A stretch of DNA of 60,992 nucleotides, the filler included, from Dirinaria sp. TL-2023a (lineage: Eukaryota): NCBI GenBank assembly GCA_051941275.1. It is 14 parts of 14 records of this genome, joined end to end, with 100 filler letters (N's around TTAATTAATTAA, not from the genome) between each part and the next. Parts side by side here need not be neighbours in the genome. Positions count along the whole stretch, not along the records: positions 56,755 to 60,992 come from JAVEBF010001882.1; 13 more parts are not named here. One strand, 5' to 3'. The translations under genes and the position numbers were made by a program. Below are positions 58,972 to 60,992 of this stretch, one piece after another. The notes beneath the pieces are model-generated. The model was not told where the DNA came from. It was given only the letters and a program-made list of their open reading frames with translations, and searched no databases. Every line of letters begins with the position of its first letter. Positions within the stretch are counted from its first letter, which is position 1.

Positions 58972-60992
58972 ATGTCGTCAAGAGCGTTGCGCAAGCTGCA
59001 AAGAGAGCAAGAAAGGAAGAAACAACCAGATTCATCTCATGCAGAAGAAGATGATGGTGACGAGGAAGTTGAGCTCGCGCAGAAGAAGCCATTTAACGCA
59101 TTCGATGTGTTGAATGACGGTGGCGACGATAGTACCCCTGAGCTATTGCATTCGAGCGACGAAGCCGTGGCTGCAGCAGAAGAGGAATCCGCCGATACTG
59201 AGCGAGCGCCTCCTCAGGAGAATGGTACACAATTGAAGCCTAGGAAGAAAAAGAAAAGGAAGAATAAAGCTACAAGGGCGAAAACAAATACCTCTGTTGA
59301 AAAGGAGGAGACGAACGGTCCTGGTGACGGGCAGGACGAGATTGACGCGGCTCTGGCTTCCCTTTCCATGAAAGCACAGGACGGCTCATACGCTATCTCG
59401 AACGTCAAGCATGACGAAGCTGACCTACAAATGTGTCGGCTGCTGGCCGTTGAATCGAGACATCTGAACGCAATAAATGAGATGAAGAGGCTCTTTGGAA
59501 ACGTCACTGGCGAAGAGGAAACTCCGTCTCCAGCCCGAAGGCGCGGCAGAGGCCCACAACAGATTGATCTCGGCGGAGCCTTAGCTGCAAGATACAGCCC
59601 AGTGTCCAAGGGCCAAGGTCTTTCCGGGTTGGCGCTCCGCCGAAATGTATTCATGAATGGCAAGGAAGAGTGGCCGAAAGCTACCAGTGGTGGACTAGGA
59701 ATGGAGACTGATGGCGTGCAGAGCAATGGCACTAAAAAGTATCGCTTTGTCCACAACGCAGCGTATCAGGACGTTCAACGGCAATTCGTCTCCTGCGTAG
59801 AATCGATGGATCCAGAGCGCATGATCTTGATGCTGCAATTCAACCCATACCATATCTCGACATTGCTGCAGGTTTCAGAAATTGCCAAGCAGCAAGGCGA
59901 TCATTCAGTTTCGGGAGATCTACTCGAACGCGCGTTGTTCTCATTTGGTCGATCAGTGCATTCGTCGTTCTCCACCGCTCTAGCTGAAGGCAGAGCGCGG
60001 CTAGACTTTCGACGACCAGAGAACCGCGAATTCTGGCTCGCAGCTTGGAGATATGTTGCCAACTTGGGTCAGCGCGGCACCTGGCGCACAGCGTACGAAT
60101 GGGCGAAGCTGCTGCTGAGCCTCGATCCTGAAGGTGATCCTTATTGTATCAGGATGTCGATCGACCAATTGGCGCTTCGTGGAGGACAAGCAGAGCATTT
60201 CTTGGACCTCACTAGCACCCTTCAACTCCAGAGATATACCCGAACCCGAAACCCAAACATCGAGATCTCGAAATCTCTCGCCGAATACAAGCTCAAACAC
60301 GCACAAGAGTGCCGCGCCTCGCTTGCACGTGCTGTCTCCAAATACCCCTTCATCTTCGCCCGCCTCTTCAAAGAACTCAACATTGAGCACATTCCACCCT
60401 CAATCTGGGGCAAAGAACCACGCACAGACCGCGAGACGTTCGAGTGCGAAACATACGTTGTCGGCGCAAAAGACATCTGGAACACGCCCGAACACATCCA
60501 ATTCCTAGTCGAAGTTACCGAAAGTTGTGCTCGCGGGAGCGAAACTCCGCTCTACGAGCAGGATATCCAACTATCGGAGGCGCGACATGTCCTCCTCTCC
60601 AACAACCCTCGGCTCATCGGCCTCGTCCCCCGCTCTCTGACAAGCATGCCCTCAACAGCATCCGACCCTCTCCCTCCAAACGACAGCATCAATTCATACT
60701 CCATCGATCCTCCAGCATCTGCACACGCACCTCCGCCGGCAGCTTACATCGACCCATTCGAATCCGACAACAACGCATCGGGAGCAGATACAGACGACGA
60801 CCTACCCACCGCACACCCATCTGCCGAGATCCCCTCCACTCCTCCGGAAACAACAGCACCTGCAGACGATGATCAAAGGCCATGGGGCATCCTCGCGGTC
60901 CTGAACCGGTTCATGAACTCCGCCTGGCCAAACTCCAACCCCAACATCGACGCACATCTCGACCCAAACCCACCACCCGAATTCGACGAAGA
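58972..60992 (+). CDS. RQC1: Ribosome quality-control factor Rqc1/TCF25 family (runs off window; absent from ORF track)
   Basis: MSSRALRKLQRE...KPFNAFDVLN start; core NPYHISTLLQVSEIAKQQGDHSVSGDLLERALF...RLDFRRPENREFWLA...RGTWRTAYEWAKLLLSLDPEGDPY. I found no stop before the window end. Confidence 0.92.
   Translation, partial: MSSRALRKLQREQERKKQPDSSHAEEDDGDEEVELAQKKPFNAFDVLNDGGDDSTPELLHSSDEAVAAAEEESADTERAPPQENGTQLKPRKKKKRKNKATRAKTNTSVEKEETNGPGDGQDEIDAALASLSMKAQDGSYAISNVKHDEADLQMCRLLAVESRHLNAINEMKRLFGNVTGEEETPSPARRRGRGPQQIDLGGALAARYSPVSKGQGLSGLALRRNVFMNGKEEWPKATSGGLGMETDGVQSNGTKKYRFVHNAAYQDVQRQFVSCVESMDPERMILMLQFNPYHISTLLQVSEIAKQQGDHSVSGDLLERALFSFGRSVHSSFSTALAEGRARLDFRRPENREFWLAAWRYVANLGQRGTWRTAYEWAKLLLSLDPEGDPYCIRMSIDQLALRGGQAEHFLDLTSTLQLQRYTRTRNPNIEISKSLAEYKLKHAQECRASLARAVSKYPFIFARLFKELNIEHIPPSIWGKEPRTDRETFECETYVVGAKDIWNTPEHIQFLVEVTESCARGSETPLYEQDIQLSEARHVLLSNNPRLIGLVPRSLTSMPSTASDPLPPNDSINSYSIDPPASAHAPPPAAYIDPFESDNNASGADTDDDLPTAHPSAEIPSTPPETTAPADDDQRPWGILAVLNRFMNSAWPNSNPNIDAHLDPNPPPEFDE

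Overview
Eukaryotic, intron-rich DNA from a filamentous ascomycete (Pezizomycotina; the gene style would fit a lichen-forming Lecanoromycete, but that is inference). It is not one locus: 14 unrelated contigs of 4280 down to 4238 bp, sorted by length, are joined by artificial 100-nt N44-TTAATTAATTAA-N44 spacers, so adjacency across spacers means nothing. Recognisable genes: PMT2, PIG-H/GPI15, NOP58 head-to-head with VMA6, an 11-exon SR/RRM protein (Gbp2/SnxA-like), a polyol SDR, NUP120, a Spt10/Mpr1-type GNAT, PDX1/SNZ1, SEC61, an AflR-like Zn2Cys6 factor, a small secreted Cys protein, a sacsin-like/BTB protein, a BRD8-like bromodomain protein, a PTH11-like receptor, and PTC5 head-to-head with RQC1/TCF25, plus several hypotheticals. 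The most notable signals are: (i) AT-rich tracts almost free of CC/GG while CA/TG persist, one overlapping a stop-riddled BTB pseudogene, suggesting a RIP-like mutator with a non-canonical CpC context; (ii) a recurrent intergenic TAAGGTA/TACCTTA motif; (iii) unusual splicing (8-nt microexon, GC-AG intron, GAG acceptor, triple in-frame acceptors). No rRNA, tRNA, CRISPR array or intact transposon was recognised. All protein calls come from motif recognition by eye, without database searches.
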